Assembly: GCA_016207165.1 (NCBI GenBank)
Contig: JACQQD010000003.1
Coordinates: forward strand, 32,001-96,000
Source: Candidatus Micrarchaeota archaeon
GTDB lineage: Archaea; Micrarchaeota; Micrarchaeia; Norongarragalinales; Norongarragalinaceae
Length of the DNA: 64,000 nt
Direction: 5' to 3'
Part shown: positions 26,976 to 37,147 of the stretch, in pieces
How positions within the stretch are numbered: position 1 is the first letter of the stretch
Layout: each line of letters begins with the position of its first letter
Notes under the pieces: model-generated
What the model saw: the letters and a program-made list of their open reading frames with translations, nothing else
Told to the model about the DNA's origin: nothing
Databases searched by the model: none
Made by a program: the position numbers and the translations under genes

Positions 26976-29633
26976 TCACGCCTTCTTGCCGCGGGCAAAA
27001 CGCGTGGACCCGCCGCCTTTGGCCCCCGCGGCGTTCAAAAGAGCAGTGGCATCCTGTTTGGACGAGTCATGCGTGGCAGCCACGACCAAGCCCGTCTTGG
27101 TCCAAAGCACGCAATCGATTTTCTTCGCCAGCTCCGTGGCCAAAAGCTCTAGCGTCTTCATGTCGTCAAACGGCACTTCCTTGTTGACTTGAACCTGTTT
27201 CTTGGCCAACGCCTCGTCCAACACTTTCCTGGCAAACGACGCCGCCAAGAGGTCCTGGCTCTTCTCCACTTTCTTTTGCGCTTCCTTCCATTCTTCAAAA
27301 AGCCGGTTCACGCCGGAAGGCAATTGGTCCGCCGACACGCTTAAAACCGAGGCGGCCTCGTCCAACACTTTTTCCTGGTGCTGCACGAACTCCAAGGCTT
27401 TCGGCCCCGCACGGTAGCGGAGGCGAATGACGCCGTCCTGGACTTGGTCCACGCCGGTAATCTTCAGAAAACCAACTTGGTTCGTCGCGGTCCGGTGGAT
27501 TCCGCCGCACGCCTCCGCATCCCAATCTTGGATGGTCACCACGCGAATGGTCTTGCCAATGGCGCCGCCGCCCTGGTACAACCGGAAACCGTGTTCTTGT
27601 TCGGCGCGCCCCCGGTCCATTTCCTGGACCGTCACGGCCCGCGCCTGCATGATGACTTCGTTGGCCACCCGCTCCATTTCCTGGACTTTCTCCAGGGACG
27701 GGCGTTCAAAGTGCGTCACGTCCACGTGCGCCTCGGCTTCCTCCTTTTTGGAGCCGTGTTGCCACACGTGGCCGCCCAGCACTTTCCGAGCGGTGGCAAT
27801 CATGATGTGGGTGGCGGTGTGATGCCTGGAAATGCTTTCCCGGCGCGGCACGTCCAATTGCAGCAACACATCCTGGTTGAGCGTGAAATCCGACGCGTTG
27901 GAAACGTAGTGGATGACGACGGAACCCTGTTTTTGGACGTCCACCACGTCCACGCCCTCCATGAACCCGTGGTCAGCGGCTTGGCCTCCGCCTTCCGGAT
28001 AAAACAGCGTGCGGTCCAGCACCACGGCGTTGAAAAGAAAGTCCACGTGCAGGACTTTGGCGTGCGTCTGTTTCAGCGTGGCGTCCAAGTAATACAGTAA
28101 CTGGGTGGGGGGAAGCGGGGGCAAAACGATTTTGGTTTTGGGATCTTTTTCCGAATCCTCGTCGGAGTGGTCTTTCCCCATGACGTGTTTTTCGGTGAGC
28201 TGCTTGTAGAATTCGGAAGGGATTTGGATGGATTTGCCGGCGGCTTTCTCCAAGAGTTCCGGGGTGATGCCGTGGCTTTCGTACAGCGTCACCATTTCCT
28301 TTGTGGACAAGGGTTTTCCGGAGGCGACGACCTGTCGGGCCATGCCGGAGGCTTTCTGAAACGACGCCTCGTACTTGCGTTTTTCCACGCCCAAGACCGC
28401 AAACACGTCATCCAGGTTCTCGCGGAGTTCCGGGAACACGGGGTGCAAGTCGTCGGCGTGCAGTTGCATGACTTGTTCCAAATCCACGTTCAAATGGTAT
28501 TGGTGGATGAACGCCAACGCCCTGCGCAAAAGCACGCGCAAGTTGTAGCCGCCCGCCGAGTTGGAAGGCAACGCGCCGTCCGTCAACGCGAACAACAAGG
28601 CCCGCGAGTGGTCCGCCACGGCGTACAAGGCTTGTTGCGGCGCGATGGAGTGCTCCAATTCATTCAGTGAAATGGATAGCGCGGAGGCAATCTTTTGCTT
28701 CTCTTGCTTGAGGTCCACCGTGCTTTCCACGTCCAAACTCGCCGAGAGCTTGGCGTAGCGGTCCAAGAGTTCCTGGTCAAGCGACAGCCCGGCCTGGCGC
28801 CGCATGAAGGACAACGGCTTGGCAAACACCGCATCGTATGCGGTGGGCGTGCCGTTGTAGTACCACAGCAGCCGCTCAAAGCCCCACCCCACGTCGATGA
28901 CTTTGGTGTCCAACTCCTCAAACCCGGCCTTGGACGCGCGGAACTGCATGAACACGGAGTTGACCAGCTCCGATCCGTGCGCAAAGGACTCCATGGAGGG
29001 GCCGAACGCGGAAAAATCCGGCATGTTCCAGACGTCCTCGCCGTAGATGAGGTCCTCCTTGGAAACGCCCAACACGCCAGTGAGAAAATCGAAGTTGTAC
29101 TGCAGGCACTCTTCCTTCCAGTAGCCGTCTTGGGGGGCGTTAAACGCGTGCTGGCCCGCCATCATGAAACACGAGAAATGCCTTCCCGTAATACCGATGT
29201 TGGCGATGTCCGGAAAACGCAGGCACATCTGCGGCACCATCAACGGGTTGGCGGGATACTCAAAGACGACTTTGCCTTGCTCCAACCGCTGAAAATCCAC
29301 GATGGAGGCAATGGTAAAGGGTAAATCGTCGCGCCACCGGGACACCACGGGATACCGGGGAATCACGGCGTGGCCGTTTTTCTTCCAGAAACCCGCGAAC
29401 TTCTTCCAGAAACTCGCGTACGTCTCGGCCCGAGGCTGTTCACGGAAAAACGCGTATTGTTCATGCGAAGAGTCGCCGCACGTGTCGCGGGCCGAAACGG
29501 ACCAAAAACCCTTGCCGCAGATTTTGCACGCGTACCGGGAAAAGCCCTGCTCGTCAAACAAGGGCACCTGGTAGTACTTGGAATAATCCTCCCGGAACGT
29601 GTCCACGAGCGTTTTCTTGGAGAGCATGGCCAC
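26976..29633 (-). CDS. alaS: Alanyl-tRNA synthetase (archaeal type)
   Basis: RWRDD..FTIASI.DFQ, DVGWG.ER, HTATH, ACGG.H, GGGS. Confidence 0.97.
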   Translation of the reverse strand: MAMLSKKTLVDTFREDYSKYYQVPLFDEQGFSRYACKICGKGFWSVSARDTCGDSSHEQYAFFREQPRAETYASFWKKFAGFWKKNGHAVIPRYPVVSRWRDDLPFTIASIVDFQRLEQGKVVFEYPANPLMVPQMCLRFPDIANIGITGRHFSCFMMAGQHAFNAPQDGYWKEECLQYNFDFLTGVLGVSKEDLIYGEDVWNMPDFSAFGPSMESFAHGSELVNSVFMQFRASKAGFEELDTKVIDVGWGFERLLWYYNGTPTAYDAVFAKPLSFMRRQAGLSLDQELLDRYAKLSASLDVESTVDLKQEKQKIASALSISLNELEHSIAPQQALYAVADHSRALLFALTDGALPSNSAGGYNLRVLLRRALAFIHQYHLNVDLEQVMQLHADDLHPVFPELRENLDDVFAVLGVEKRKYEASFQKASGMARQVVASGKPLSTKEMVTLYESHGITPELLEKAAGKSIQIPSEFYKQLTEKHVMGKDHSDEDSEKDPKTKIVLPPLPPTQLLYYLDATLKQTHAKVLHVDFLFNAVVLDRTLFYPEGGGQAADHGFMEGVDVVDVQKQGSVVIHYVSNASDFTLNQDVLLQLDVPRRESISRHHTATHIMIATARKVLGGHVWQHGSKKEEAEAHVDVTHFERPSLEKVQEMERVANEVIMQARAVTVQEMDRGRAEQEHGFRLYQGGGAIGKTIRVVTIQDWDAEACGGIHRTATNQVGFLKITGVDQVQDGVIRLRYRAGPKALEFVQHQEKVLDEAASVLSVSADQLPSGVNRLFEEWKEAQKKVEKSQDLLAASFARKVLDEALAKKQVQVNKEVPFDDMKTLELLATELAKKIDCVLWTKTGLVVAATHDSSKQDATALLNAAGAKGGGSTRFARGKKA

Positions 29634-29685
29634 CAGCTTTAGGCTTTCGGCAACTATTTAATCTTGGCCTCGGTAGTTGTTCAAA

Positions 29686-31197
29686 ATGAAGGAAGCCTTC
29701 AACGTCAAAGTCTACGACATCGAACAAGGCCGAAACGAAGTCGTTTTGAGCGCCAAGCAGGCCCGCCGCATGGGCGTCGACGTTTCCGGCCGCGTCGAAC
29801 TATCCGTCGGAAAAAAGAAAACCACGGCCATCGTGAACCTGGCGCACCGGACCGTTTCAAACCACGAAATCGGCGTGTTCTGGGAAGCCGTGCAGGAACT
29901 CAAACTCAAAAACGGGCAAAAAATATCCGTGTCCCCGCTACGGCCGCCCGCGTCCCTGGACGCCATCCGGAGAAAACTGGACGGCAAGACGTTGGAACCC
30001 GTCGAAGTGCGTAGCATCATCACCGACTTGATGAACGGCCACTTGGCGACCCCCGAACTGGCCGCGTTCATCGCGGCGGTCCACACGCGCGACATGACCA
30101 TCGAGGAAACCACCGCGCTCACGGAAGCCATCTACCAGAGCGGCGAACGATTGACGTTCAAAAAAACAAAACCCGTGCTCAGCGAGCACAGCATCGGCGG
30201 CGTGGCCGGAGACCGAACCAGCATGCTGTTCGTACCCATCATGGCGTCTTTGGACGTGTTGGTACCCAAAACCTGCAGCCGCGCGATTTCCTCGGCCGCC
30301 GGCACCGCCGACGTCATGGAATTGTTTTGCCCCGTGGACTTGACCGCCCAAAAAATGAAGGCCGTCGTCGAAAAAACCAACGGGTGCCTGGTGTGGGGCG
30401 GGGCCGTGAACATGGCGGCCGCCGACGACAAGCTCATCCAAATCCGCCACCCCCTCCACTTGGACCCCCACCCGCTTTTGTTGTCCAGCATCCTGGCGAA
30501 AAAAAAAGCGGAAGGCGCAAAATACGTCATCCTGGATATCCCCACCGGCATCGGCGCCAAAGTCCGGGAAGTCGAGGAAGCCCGCGCCTTGGCTAAAAAG
30601 TTCCGGACTCTCGGCGAACACCTGGAAATCAACGTCGAAGTAACCATCACCGACGGTTCCGAGCCTTTGATGCCGTTTGCCGGCCCGGCGCTGGAAGCCA
30701 AAGAGGCGCTTAGGACCATGGAAGGATCCGGTTGGAACGGGTTGGCGGAAAAGTCATGCCAGCTCTCCGGCGTGGCCATCGCGCTTCTTCGAGGCGTCTC
30801 ACGCGAAGAAGGCTACCGCTTGGCGCGCCACCGCCTCAAAGACGGCCACGCCCTGCAGAAATTCTTGGAAATCGTGGCCGCGCAAGGCGGCAAAAAAGAG
30901 CCGCAAAGCGCGGACGTTCAAGTCGGAAAATTCCGAGCCACCGTGTTCGCTCCAGAGGAAGGCACCGTCGAGCACGTGGACAACCGCCGGCTTTCCCGCG
31001 TGGCCCGCGCATTGGGCGCTCCGGACGACAAACTGGGGGGCCTCCACGTGTTAGCCATGAAAGGCGACCGCGTCGAGAAAGGCCAACCCATCTGCGAACT
31101 GTACGCCTCAAGCCAAGACAAGCTGGACTACGGCCTCGAGCAAATCAAGCACTTCAATCCAGTGGACATCGAGAAAATCGTCATCGACGTGGTATAA
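29686..31197 (+). CDS. AMP phosphorylase (thymidine phosphorylase family)
   Basis: HSIGGV.G, PKT.SRAI.S.AGTAD, DIPTG.GAK; N-terminal barrel extension. Confidence 0.92.
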   Translation: MKEAFNVKVYDIEQGRNEVVLSAKQARRMGVDVSGRVELSVGKKKTTAIVNLAHRTVSNHEIGVFWEAVQELKLKNGQKISVSPLRPPASLDAIRRKLDGKTLEPVEVRSIITDLMNGHLATPELAAFIAAVHTRDMTIEETTALTEAIYQSGERLTFKKTKPVLSEHSIGGVAGDRTSMLFVPIMASLDVLVPKTCSRAISSAAGTADVMELFCPVDLTAQKMKAVVEKTNGCLVWGGAVNMAAADDKLIQIRHPLHLDPHPLLLSSILAKKKAEGAKYVILDIPTGIGAKVREVEEARALAKKFRTLGEHLEINVEVTITDGSEPLMPFAGPALEAKEALRTMEGSGWNGLAEKSCQLSGVAIALLRGVSREEGYRLARHRLKDGHALQKFLEIVAAQGGKKEPQSADVQVGKFRATVFAPEEGTVEHVDNRRLSRVARALGAPDDKLGGLHVLAMKGDRVEKGQPICELYASSQDKLDYGLEQIKHFNPVDIEKIVIDVV

Positions 31198-31202
31198 ACC
31201 CA

Positions 31203-31778
31203 ATGGTCACTCATGTCGCCGTGTACCACCAAGTGGAACCAGCCGGACGCATGCAAAAGCCAGGAACCGCAATCACGTACTTTGAATTCCACGTCGGCAC
31301 GCCGGAAGAACTGGGAACCACGGCCATTTCTGAATTCAATCCGGGAAAACTATTGACCCGCGTCGCGGTCCGACGCATACCGTCCAGATACCGCGGCGTC
31401 TTGGCAAGAACCCTTCAAACCATGAGAGCCATTGGGTACATGCGCTACCGAATCGTTCAGAGAGCCGACCGGAAGCGGAAAGCCATCAGCAGCAACGTGT
31501 ACCCCAAAAAAAGCATTGGAAAGCGCATTCCAGGACTGGGAACCCGGTTGGAACGATACGTGACACGGTACCTAAGAAGGTCTCGGTGGGCCGTGCAGTA
31601 TTTTAGAACCACTAAAAATCCATCCGAGCCCCGTACCAAGCAAATCGTCGCCCGCGGCGGCCTCCCGAAAGACCAAGATGTGCATTGGCGCCGATGGGAA
31701 GCAGGACTCAAGCGGGCGGAGCGCCGGGCGTGGCGCGACCTTGGACGAAAACGCAAGGAATTGGGGACACCCGTGTGA
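31203..31778 (+). CDS. Highly basic hypothetical protein, possible GNAT-like motif
   Basis: VYP....K...GLGT.LE; Arg-rich. Confidence 0.5.
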   Translation: MVTHVAVYHQVEPAGRMQKPGTAITYFEFHVGTPEELGTTAISEFNPGKLLTRVAVRRIPSRYRGVLARTLQTMRAIGYMRYRIVQRADRKRKAISSNVYPKKSIGKRIPGLGTRLERYVTRYLRRSRWAVQYFRTTKNPSEPRTKQIVARGGLPKDQDVHWRRWEAGLKRAERRAWRDLGRKRKELGTPV

Positions 31779-32266
31779 AGAATCGTGAAAGACAGATCCG
31801 CATTGGTCACGTGCACTTAACCGTTTCAAATCTCTCCCTATCCATCGCGTTTTACCGGTTGCTGGGATTTGAAATCACGCAAAGAATGGGTGACCAAGCC
31901 GCGTTCTTGTCCTCTGGCGGATATCATCACACCATCGGATTGAACACGTGGAGCAAACCCGGAGCCCAAAAACCACAAAGCGGCCAAATCGGTTTGTACC
32001 ACGTCGCCATCCTCTACCCGAACCGAATTGAATTGGCCAAGGCCGTCAAGCGGTTGCTTGCCGCCGGACACGAATTGGATGGGACGGCGGACCACGGCGT
32101 GTCGGAATCCGTGTACGTGAAGGACCCCGACGGCAACGGATTGGAGTTGTACGCCGACCGAAAAGAATCCGATTGGCCCCGCGACGCGCAAGGAAACCTC
32201 AACATGGCCACGAATCCACTGGATTTGAACGCGTTGCTTCAAGACGCCGAAACCCATTCGAAGTAA
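31775..32266 (+). CDS. VOC/glyoxalase family protein
   Basis: IGHVHL.V, GGYHH.IGLNTW, GLYH.AI, DHGVSE..Y..DPDGNG.ELY. Confidence 0.92.
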   Translation: MKNRERQIRIGHVHLTVSNLSLSIAFYRLLGFEITQRMGDQAAFLSSGGYHHTIGLNTWSKPGAQKPQSGQIGLYHVAILYPNRIELAKAVKRLLAAGHELDGTADHGVSESVYVKDPDGNGLELYADRKESDWPRDAQGNLNMATNPLDLNALLQDAETHSK

Positions 32267-32337
32267 ACGCTTTTTAAGCGGTGTTTTCATGCGTTGTAGG
32301 CTTCTGTTCCTTTCAAACTGAAAGGTGATTGTACAAC

Positions 32338-32832
32338 ATGTCCAAACTGACGATTCCCGCCATGGTGGAAGGCGGCAAAGCCTCCGCCGGCCCGCCCCTG
32401 GGTCCCGCACTGGGCCCCACCGGACTGAACATCGGGCAGATCATCGCGCAAATCAACGAGAAAACGAAGGCCTTCGCCGGCATGCACGTGCCCGTGAAAG
32501 TCGTCGCCGACCCCAAGACCAAGACGTTTGAAATCGAAGTCGGCACGCCACCCACGTCCGCGTTGCTCAAAAAAGAAGCCGGCATCAAGGAGCCCGTCAA
32601 GGAGACGGAAGGCGAGAAAGGCAAGAAAACCATCGGCAACTTGTCCTTGGACCAAGTCATCAAAGTCGCTCAATCCAAGAAAGACCAGTCCCTGGCCAAG
32701 ACCCTGAAAAGCCGGGTCAAGGAAGCCGCCGGAACGTGCCTGTCGTTGGGCATTACCGTGGAAGGCAAAAACCCCAAAGAATTCATTGCCGACGTCTCCG
32801 CCGGAAAACACGACGCCAAGCTCAAGGACTAG
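32338..32832 (+). CDS. rpl11: 50S ribosomal protein L11 (uL11)
   Basis: GGKA..GPPLGPALG, VPVKV, GTC.S.G; AGGTGA SD. Confidence 0.97.
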   Translation: MSKLTIPAMVEGGKASAGPPLGPALGPTGLNIGQIIAQINEKTKAFAGMHVPVKVVADPKTKTFEIEVGTPPTSALLKKEAGIKEPVKETEGEKGKKTIGNLSLDQVIKVAQSKKDQSLAKTLKSRVKEAAGTCLSLGITVEGKNPKEFIADVSAGKHDAKLKD

Positions 32833-32978
32833 TGTTCCGGCTCCCGGTGTTTTTTCTCCAAATCCGGGCGCGGCCACGCCAACGCGGAGGTTGGAGCCTG
32901 GCTCGCGTTGTAAACCGCGACCATTGTTTCCTGCGTGTGGTCCAAGTGGTGGGCGCGGCGAAAGCCGTCGTAGACTTC

Positions 32979-33281
32979 CTAGTGGATGAAGTCCCGCAGC
33001 AAGTCCACGGCCTTTCGGATGGATTGGCCGATCTGTTTTTCGCTCTTGGCGCCGGAACAAATGACTTTGCCGTTCTTGAACAACAACAGCGTGGTTCCGA
33101 TGTCTTTCAGGCGCATGATGGCGCCGGGGAACTGCTCCGGCTCGTATTCGACGTTGTCGACTTCCATGGCGATGTTGAACAAATCCAGTTCCACCTTCAA
33201 ATTGGCGGAGGCGACGATGTTTTCCACCTTGAACGACATGTCGACATTCCTAGGCAAGCGCTTCTTTGCTTTCTTCACCAT
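32979..33281 (-). CDS. Single-repeat (half) TATA-box-binding protein
   Basis: VENIVAS.NL, YEPEQFPG, LLF.NGK..C.GAKS; 100 aa, one repeat only; GGTGA SD. Confidence 0.9.
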   Translation of the reverse strand: MVKKAKKRLPRNVDMSFKVENIVASANLKVELDLFNIAMEVDNVEYEPEQFPGAIMRLKDIGTTLLLFKNGKVICSGAKSEKQIGQSIRKAVDLLRDFIH

Positions 33282-33416
33282 AGAGCCATCACCGTTTTAA
33301 ATATGCTTTAAAAAACTTGGGGTCCCGCCTTATAAAGCCTCGGTTTGGGGTTGGAAAGGGAGGTTTATAAAAGGGGAACGGAACACATAGGATATTCTAA
33401 ATTTCCAGGTGTAACC

Positions 33417-33695
33417 ATGAAGCGATCCAAAGGGGCGCATTCCAAGCGCTCCCGAAACCTCCGCGCCAAGGGCCGCGTGGCCATCACGCAGTTTTTGCAG
33501 GAATTCAAGGCCGGCGACCGCGTGCGCATCGACGTGAACACCAACGTGCTTCGCGGACGGCCCACGACCCTGCGGTTTAACCGCAAAACGGGTCTGGTGC
33601 TCGGAAAGCAAGGCAAAGCCTACTGCGTGCGCATTCAAGATGGCGGCAAACCCAAAGAGATGTTCATCCTGAACGCCCACCTCGTCAAGGTGTAA
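33417..33695 (+). CDS. rpl21e: 50S ribosomal protein L21e
   Basis: F..GD.V.I, G.P..RF..KTG.V, G.AY, HL. Confidence 0.92.
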   Translation: MKRSKGAHSKRSRNLRAKGRVAITQFLQEFKAGDRVRIDVNTNVLRGRPTTLRFNRKTGLVLGKQGKAYCVRIQDGGKPKEMFILNAHLVKV

Positions 33696-33697
33696 AA

Positions 33698-34027
33698 ATG
33701 GAATTGATTCAAACCAAGCCCGTATCCATTCCCGAGTCGCTTGACTTGCTTTTGAAGCGCCAGAAAGACGGAGAACTGGGGTACGAACAGCAAAACACGT
33801 TGACGCATCTGGAAGCCGTGGCCAAGATGGACGGAAAAGACGCTAAGGCCATGGAAAAAGAGCTCAAGGCCGCCGTGGCGTCGATTTCAGACGCTCAGCT
33901 GGCCGCGCTCGTCTCGATTGTGCCCAAGAACGCCGATGACGTGCGCCAGGTGCTGGCCCAAGAGAAAAGCGAGGCCACCGAAGACGACGTCAAGAACATC
34001 CTGGCTATCCTGAAAGCCAAAAAATGA
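33698..34027 (+). CDS. rpo4: RNA polymerase subunit Rpo4 (RpoF)
   Basis: EL.YEQ..TL.H; conserved rpl21e-rpoF-DUF655-ksgA order. Confidence 0.85.
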   Translation: MELIQTKPVSIPESLDLLLKRQKDGELGYEQQNTLTHLEAVAKMDGKDAKAMEKELKAAVASISDAQLAALVSIVPKNADDVRQVLAQEKSEATEDDVKNILAILKAKK

Positions 34028-34085
34028 GGGGGGGCTTTAAATTGCCCTTTCGCCTAAACTGATTTTGCGAGGCGTATGGATTGCC

Positions 34086-34664
34086 ATGTTCAAAAGGGAG
34101 GAGAACGCGTTCGTCCTGGATTTCTTGCCCCAGGGAAAGTCCGGGGAAGCCAAGCGCGAGCCCGTGGTCCAGCTTTTGGGCGACGCACAGTTCACGTTGC
34201 TTGAAGCCACGCCCAAACCCGGCGAAGCCTTGGCGTTGGGCGAAGAAGTCTACATCGGGCGCGGCGACCGCAACAAAGTCACGCACATCCGCGGCCGCAT
34301 CCAGTACAATCAGTTGACCAACGCGGCACAACGGGAACTGGAAGTTCAAGTGGGGCAAATCGTTTTGCGCCGCGAAGCCGAATTCGTGCATTTTCTCAAC
34401 CGCGCGGGCTCGATTTCCATCCGCGTGCACGCGTTGGAGCTTCTGCCTTCCATCGGCAAAAAACACTTGCAAGCCCTGCTCTCGGAACGCGAGAAAAAAC
34501 CGTTTGAAAACTTCGCCGACGTCAACGCACGCGTGCACAACCTGGGCCGGGTCGACGAAATCTTCACGCAACGCATTTTAAGCGAACTGCGGGGCGACGA
34601 AAAGTACTACTTATTCGTCAAGATGCCCAGCCGCGACGACGAACCCCGAAGACGGCGCTTCTAA
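34086..34664 (+). CDS. DUF655 HhH nucleic-acid-binding protein
   Basis: E..A.VLDFL, FTLLE, YIG.G.R, H.LELLP.IGKK, KY.LF. Confidence 0.92.
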   Translation: MFKREENAFVLDFLPQGKSGEAKREPVVQLLGDAQFTLLEATPKPGEALALGEEVYIGRGDRNKVTHIRGRIQYNQLTNAAQRELEVQVGQIVLRREAEFVHFLNRAGSISIRVHALELLPSIGKKHLQALLSEREKKPFENFADVNARVHNLGRVDEIFTQRILSELRGDEKYYLFVKMPSRDDEPRRRRF

Positions 34665-34668
34665 AGCC

Positions 34669-35427
34669 ATGAGACGCCCTCCGCTTGCCCAACACTTTTT
34701 GTGGGATTCCCAAGTCACCCGCCGGGCGGCCAACGTCGTTTCCCTGAAAGGCCTCCGCGTGCTGGAAGTCGGCGCCGGCACCGGCGCGCTGACCGTTGAA
34801 CTGGCCCGCCAGAAACCCGAGAAACTCGTCGCCGTGGAAACGGACGCCGAACTCATTGTGAAACTCAATGCGCGCGTGCGGGACTGGCCCAACGTCAGCG
34901 TCGTACACCACGACGTACGCCAAATGGATTTCTCGGGTTTTGACCTGGTTGCCGGCAACATCCCCTTCTACCTGTCATCGGAACTCATTTTCAAGACGTT
35001 GGAAAGCGGGGCCGACGCCCTTTTTTTCCTTCAAAAAGAGTTTGCAGACCGTTTGGTGGCCCAACCCGGTTCATCGTCGTGGGGCCGGTTGAGCGTCAAC
35101 GCGCAGAACCACGCCGACGTGCGCATCGCCTTGGACGTGCCGCGGTTTGCCTTCAGCCCGCCTCCCGCCGTAGACGCTTGCGTCGTGGTATTGAAACGCA
35201 AAGCCCCGGAGGCCATCGACGAAAAACTCGTCGAGGCGTTGTTCTCGCACAAGAACCAGAAAATCCAGAACGCGTTTGAGCACTCCGCGCGAAAACTCGG
35301 CCTGAAAAAAGACGAAGCCAAAACCATTTCCAGGGAAATGCCCTTCTCGCAGGAGCGCGTGCGCCGCCTCACGCTGTCCAACTGGCTGACGCTCTCGGAT
35401 TTCCTGAAAAAGAAAAAAAAGGCGTAA
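34669..35427 (+). CDS. ksgA: 16S rRNA dimethyladenosine transferase KsgA/Dim1
   Basis: QHFL, LEVGAG.G.LT, NIPF, QKEFA.RL, F.PPP.VD. Confidence 0.92.
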   Translation: MRRPPLAQHFLWDSQVTRRAANVVSLKGLRVLEVGAGTGALTVELARQKPEKLVAVETDAELIVKLNARVRDWPNVSVVHHDVRQMDFSGFDLVAGNIPFYLSSELIFKTLESGADALFFLQKEFADRLVAQPGSSSWGRLSVNAQNHADVRIALDVPRFAFSPPPAVDACVVVLKRKAPEAIDEKLVEALFSHKNQKIQNAFEHSARKLGLKKDEAKTISREMPFSQERVRRLTLSNWLTLSDFLKKKKKA

Positions 35428-35432
35428 CCGCG

Positions 35433-36704
35433 TTACGCTTCCGAAAGTACGAGTTGGACTTTGTCCGACGGCCGCGTCAAATTGCCGGCGCGAATGCCGA
35501 CCAGCGTGTGCACGCCTTTTTGCTCCGCCAAATCCAGCAACCGCTGGGTGACGATGCCGTCCAACACCACCGCATGCACGTTCTTGGCGTCGCTCAAACT
35601 CTTCATGATCTCGCGGATGGGCACTTCACGCATCGGCTTGAAGCCTGAATCCAAAAAGCGCGCCTTGAGCGAGCCCTCCAAGTCCTTCAACAGCCCTTTA
35701 AGCGACGGGTCTCCGGCGGCCTGGGGTTCGGCAACAGCGGCAGGCACGGGCCTTGGCAGCGGCTTTGGTTCCGACTCGCCTTCCGGCTCATTCATGGGAA
35801 CCGGCTCGTCCGAGAACGGTTCGGCGAACTCTTTCTTCTCGTTGCGGCGGGACTCGCGGCGCGACTCCATCATGGAGTCATAGCCCTTGACTTGTTCCAC
35901 CGGCACTTTGCGGCGCAGGGACTTGATAAGCTCCTTGCGCGAAAGCTCTTCGACTTCTTTGCCCGGCGGAGCGCGGGCCACGAAATCAATTTCCGTGGCC
36001 GCCAAAAGCTCCCGCAAAATGATGTCTCCCCCGCGGTCGCCGTCCAGAAACGCGGTGACTTCCTTTTGCTTGCAGAGCTCGATGATGGTGGGGTTGACTT
36101 TCGCGCCGCCTACGGCTACAACATTCTTGAAGTTGTTCTTCAACATGTTGACCACGTCGGCGCGGCCCTCCACGACAATGATTTCCTCGGAGGAGGCCGC
36201 ATCCGGTCCGGCGGCCAGCTTGTCGGCGCCCAACGCGACGACTTCCGAGACTTTGACGTGGTCCCGCACCAGTTCCGCGAGCTGCTTGGATTCCGGCAAT
36301 TCTTCCGTTACCAGGCTCTGAAGCAACGCTTTCGCCCGGTCCAAGACCATCTTGCGCTTCAAATTTCGTGAGTCCTCGATGCGGTGCACCTTGATGCGCG
36401 CCTCGCAGGGCCCCACGCGGTCCACGACTTCCAACGCACCCGCCAAAATGCTGGTGTCCACCATGTCTAGGCTGGAAGGAACCACGATGGTGCCGAAGCT
36501 CTTGCCGCCCCGCAACTGCAAGTCGACTTCAATTCTACCGATTCGGCCGTTTTTCTGCAATTCACGCAAGTCCAGTTCGTCGCCCAGCAACCCCTCGGTC
36601 TGGCCGAAGACGGCGCCGACGATGTCCGGTTTTTCGACGATTCCGGAAATCTCAAAACTCGCCTTGATCAAGTACTTGACGGTATCCACGTATGTTTTTC
36701 CCAT
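35433..36704 (-). CDS. dnaG: Archaeal DnaG
   Basis: GAVFGQTEGLLG..LDLRELQK.GRIGRI, VEGRADV, DGDRGG. Confidence 0.96.
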   Translation of the reverse strand: MGKTYVDTVKYLIKASFEISGIVEKPDIVGAVFGQTEGLLGDELDLRELQKNGRIGRIEVDLQLRGGKSFGTIVVPSSLDMVDTSILAGALEVVDRVGPCEARIKVHRIEDSRNLKRKMVLDRAKALLQSLVTEELPESKQLAELVRDHVKVSEVVALGADKLAAGPDAASSEEIIVVEGRADVVNMLKNNFKNVVAVGGAKVNPTIIELCKQKEVTAFLDGDRGGDIILRELLAATEIDFVARAPPGKEVEELSRKELIKSLRRKVPVEQVKGYDSMMESRRESRRNEKKEFAEPFSDEPVPMNEPEGESEPKPLPRPVPAAVAEPQAAGDPSLKGLLKDLEGSLKARFLDSGFKPMREVPIREIMKSLSDAKNVHAVVLDGIVTQRLLDLAEQKGVHTLVGIRAGNLTRPSDKVQLVLSEA

Positions 36705-36709
36705 TGAGT

Positions 36710-37147
36710 TCACCTTACGTTTTTGGACGACAACTCGACGTATCGGGCTGGCAAGTCCTCCACGGTCCGCACGCCGAACACGCGTTCAAAGCGGTTTCGG
36801 ACGAGGGCCTGGGGGACGACGCCGTAAGCCAACAAAAATTCCGTGAAACGGTCCGTCAAGCGCCGTCCGTCCGCGTCAAAGTCGAACAACAACACCACGC
36901 CATGCTGACCGCACAGCGTCGCGTTTTTTTCGACGAAGCGCAACGGCGGCCCGTGGGGAGTGAACACCAACGCATCCACGCCCAAGGCCTCCAACGCCTT
37001 TTTGTCGCGTTTTCCTTCCACGAGGACCACGCGGCCTTCCAACAACTGGAGGGTCTTGTCCAGGACCGATTGCACGGTTTGGGCCTTCAAAGCCTGATTT
37101 TTCAACCTCGAGTTCAGCCTATGCGCGAATGCGTTCGCGTTCGGCAA
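36710..37147 (-). CDS. Small TOPRIM-domain protein (start uncertain)
   Basis: VEGKRD..AL..LG, LLFDFD..G. Confidence 0.8.
   Translation of the reverse strand: MPNANAFAHRLNSRLKNQALKAQTVQSVLDKTLQLLEGRVVLVEGKRDKKALEALGVDALVFTPHGPPLRFVEKNATLCGQHGVVLLFDFDADGRRLTDRFTEFLLAYGVVPQALVRNRFERVFGVRTVEDLPARYVELSSKNVR

Noticed and set aside
29686-31197. Complete AMP/RuBisCO nucleoside-salvage locus
   Set aside because: Only AMP phosphorylase is present; no R15P isomerase or RuBisCO in the window, and the pathway is already known in DPANN
32833-32978. Possible ncRNA or second TBP repeat between rpl11 and half-TBP
   Set aside because: Short GC stems (e.g. CGGC-GAAA-GCCG) are expected at this GC content; no tRNA, SRP or RNase P motifs; translations show no TBP motifs
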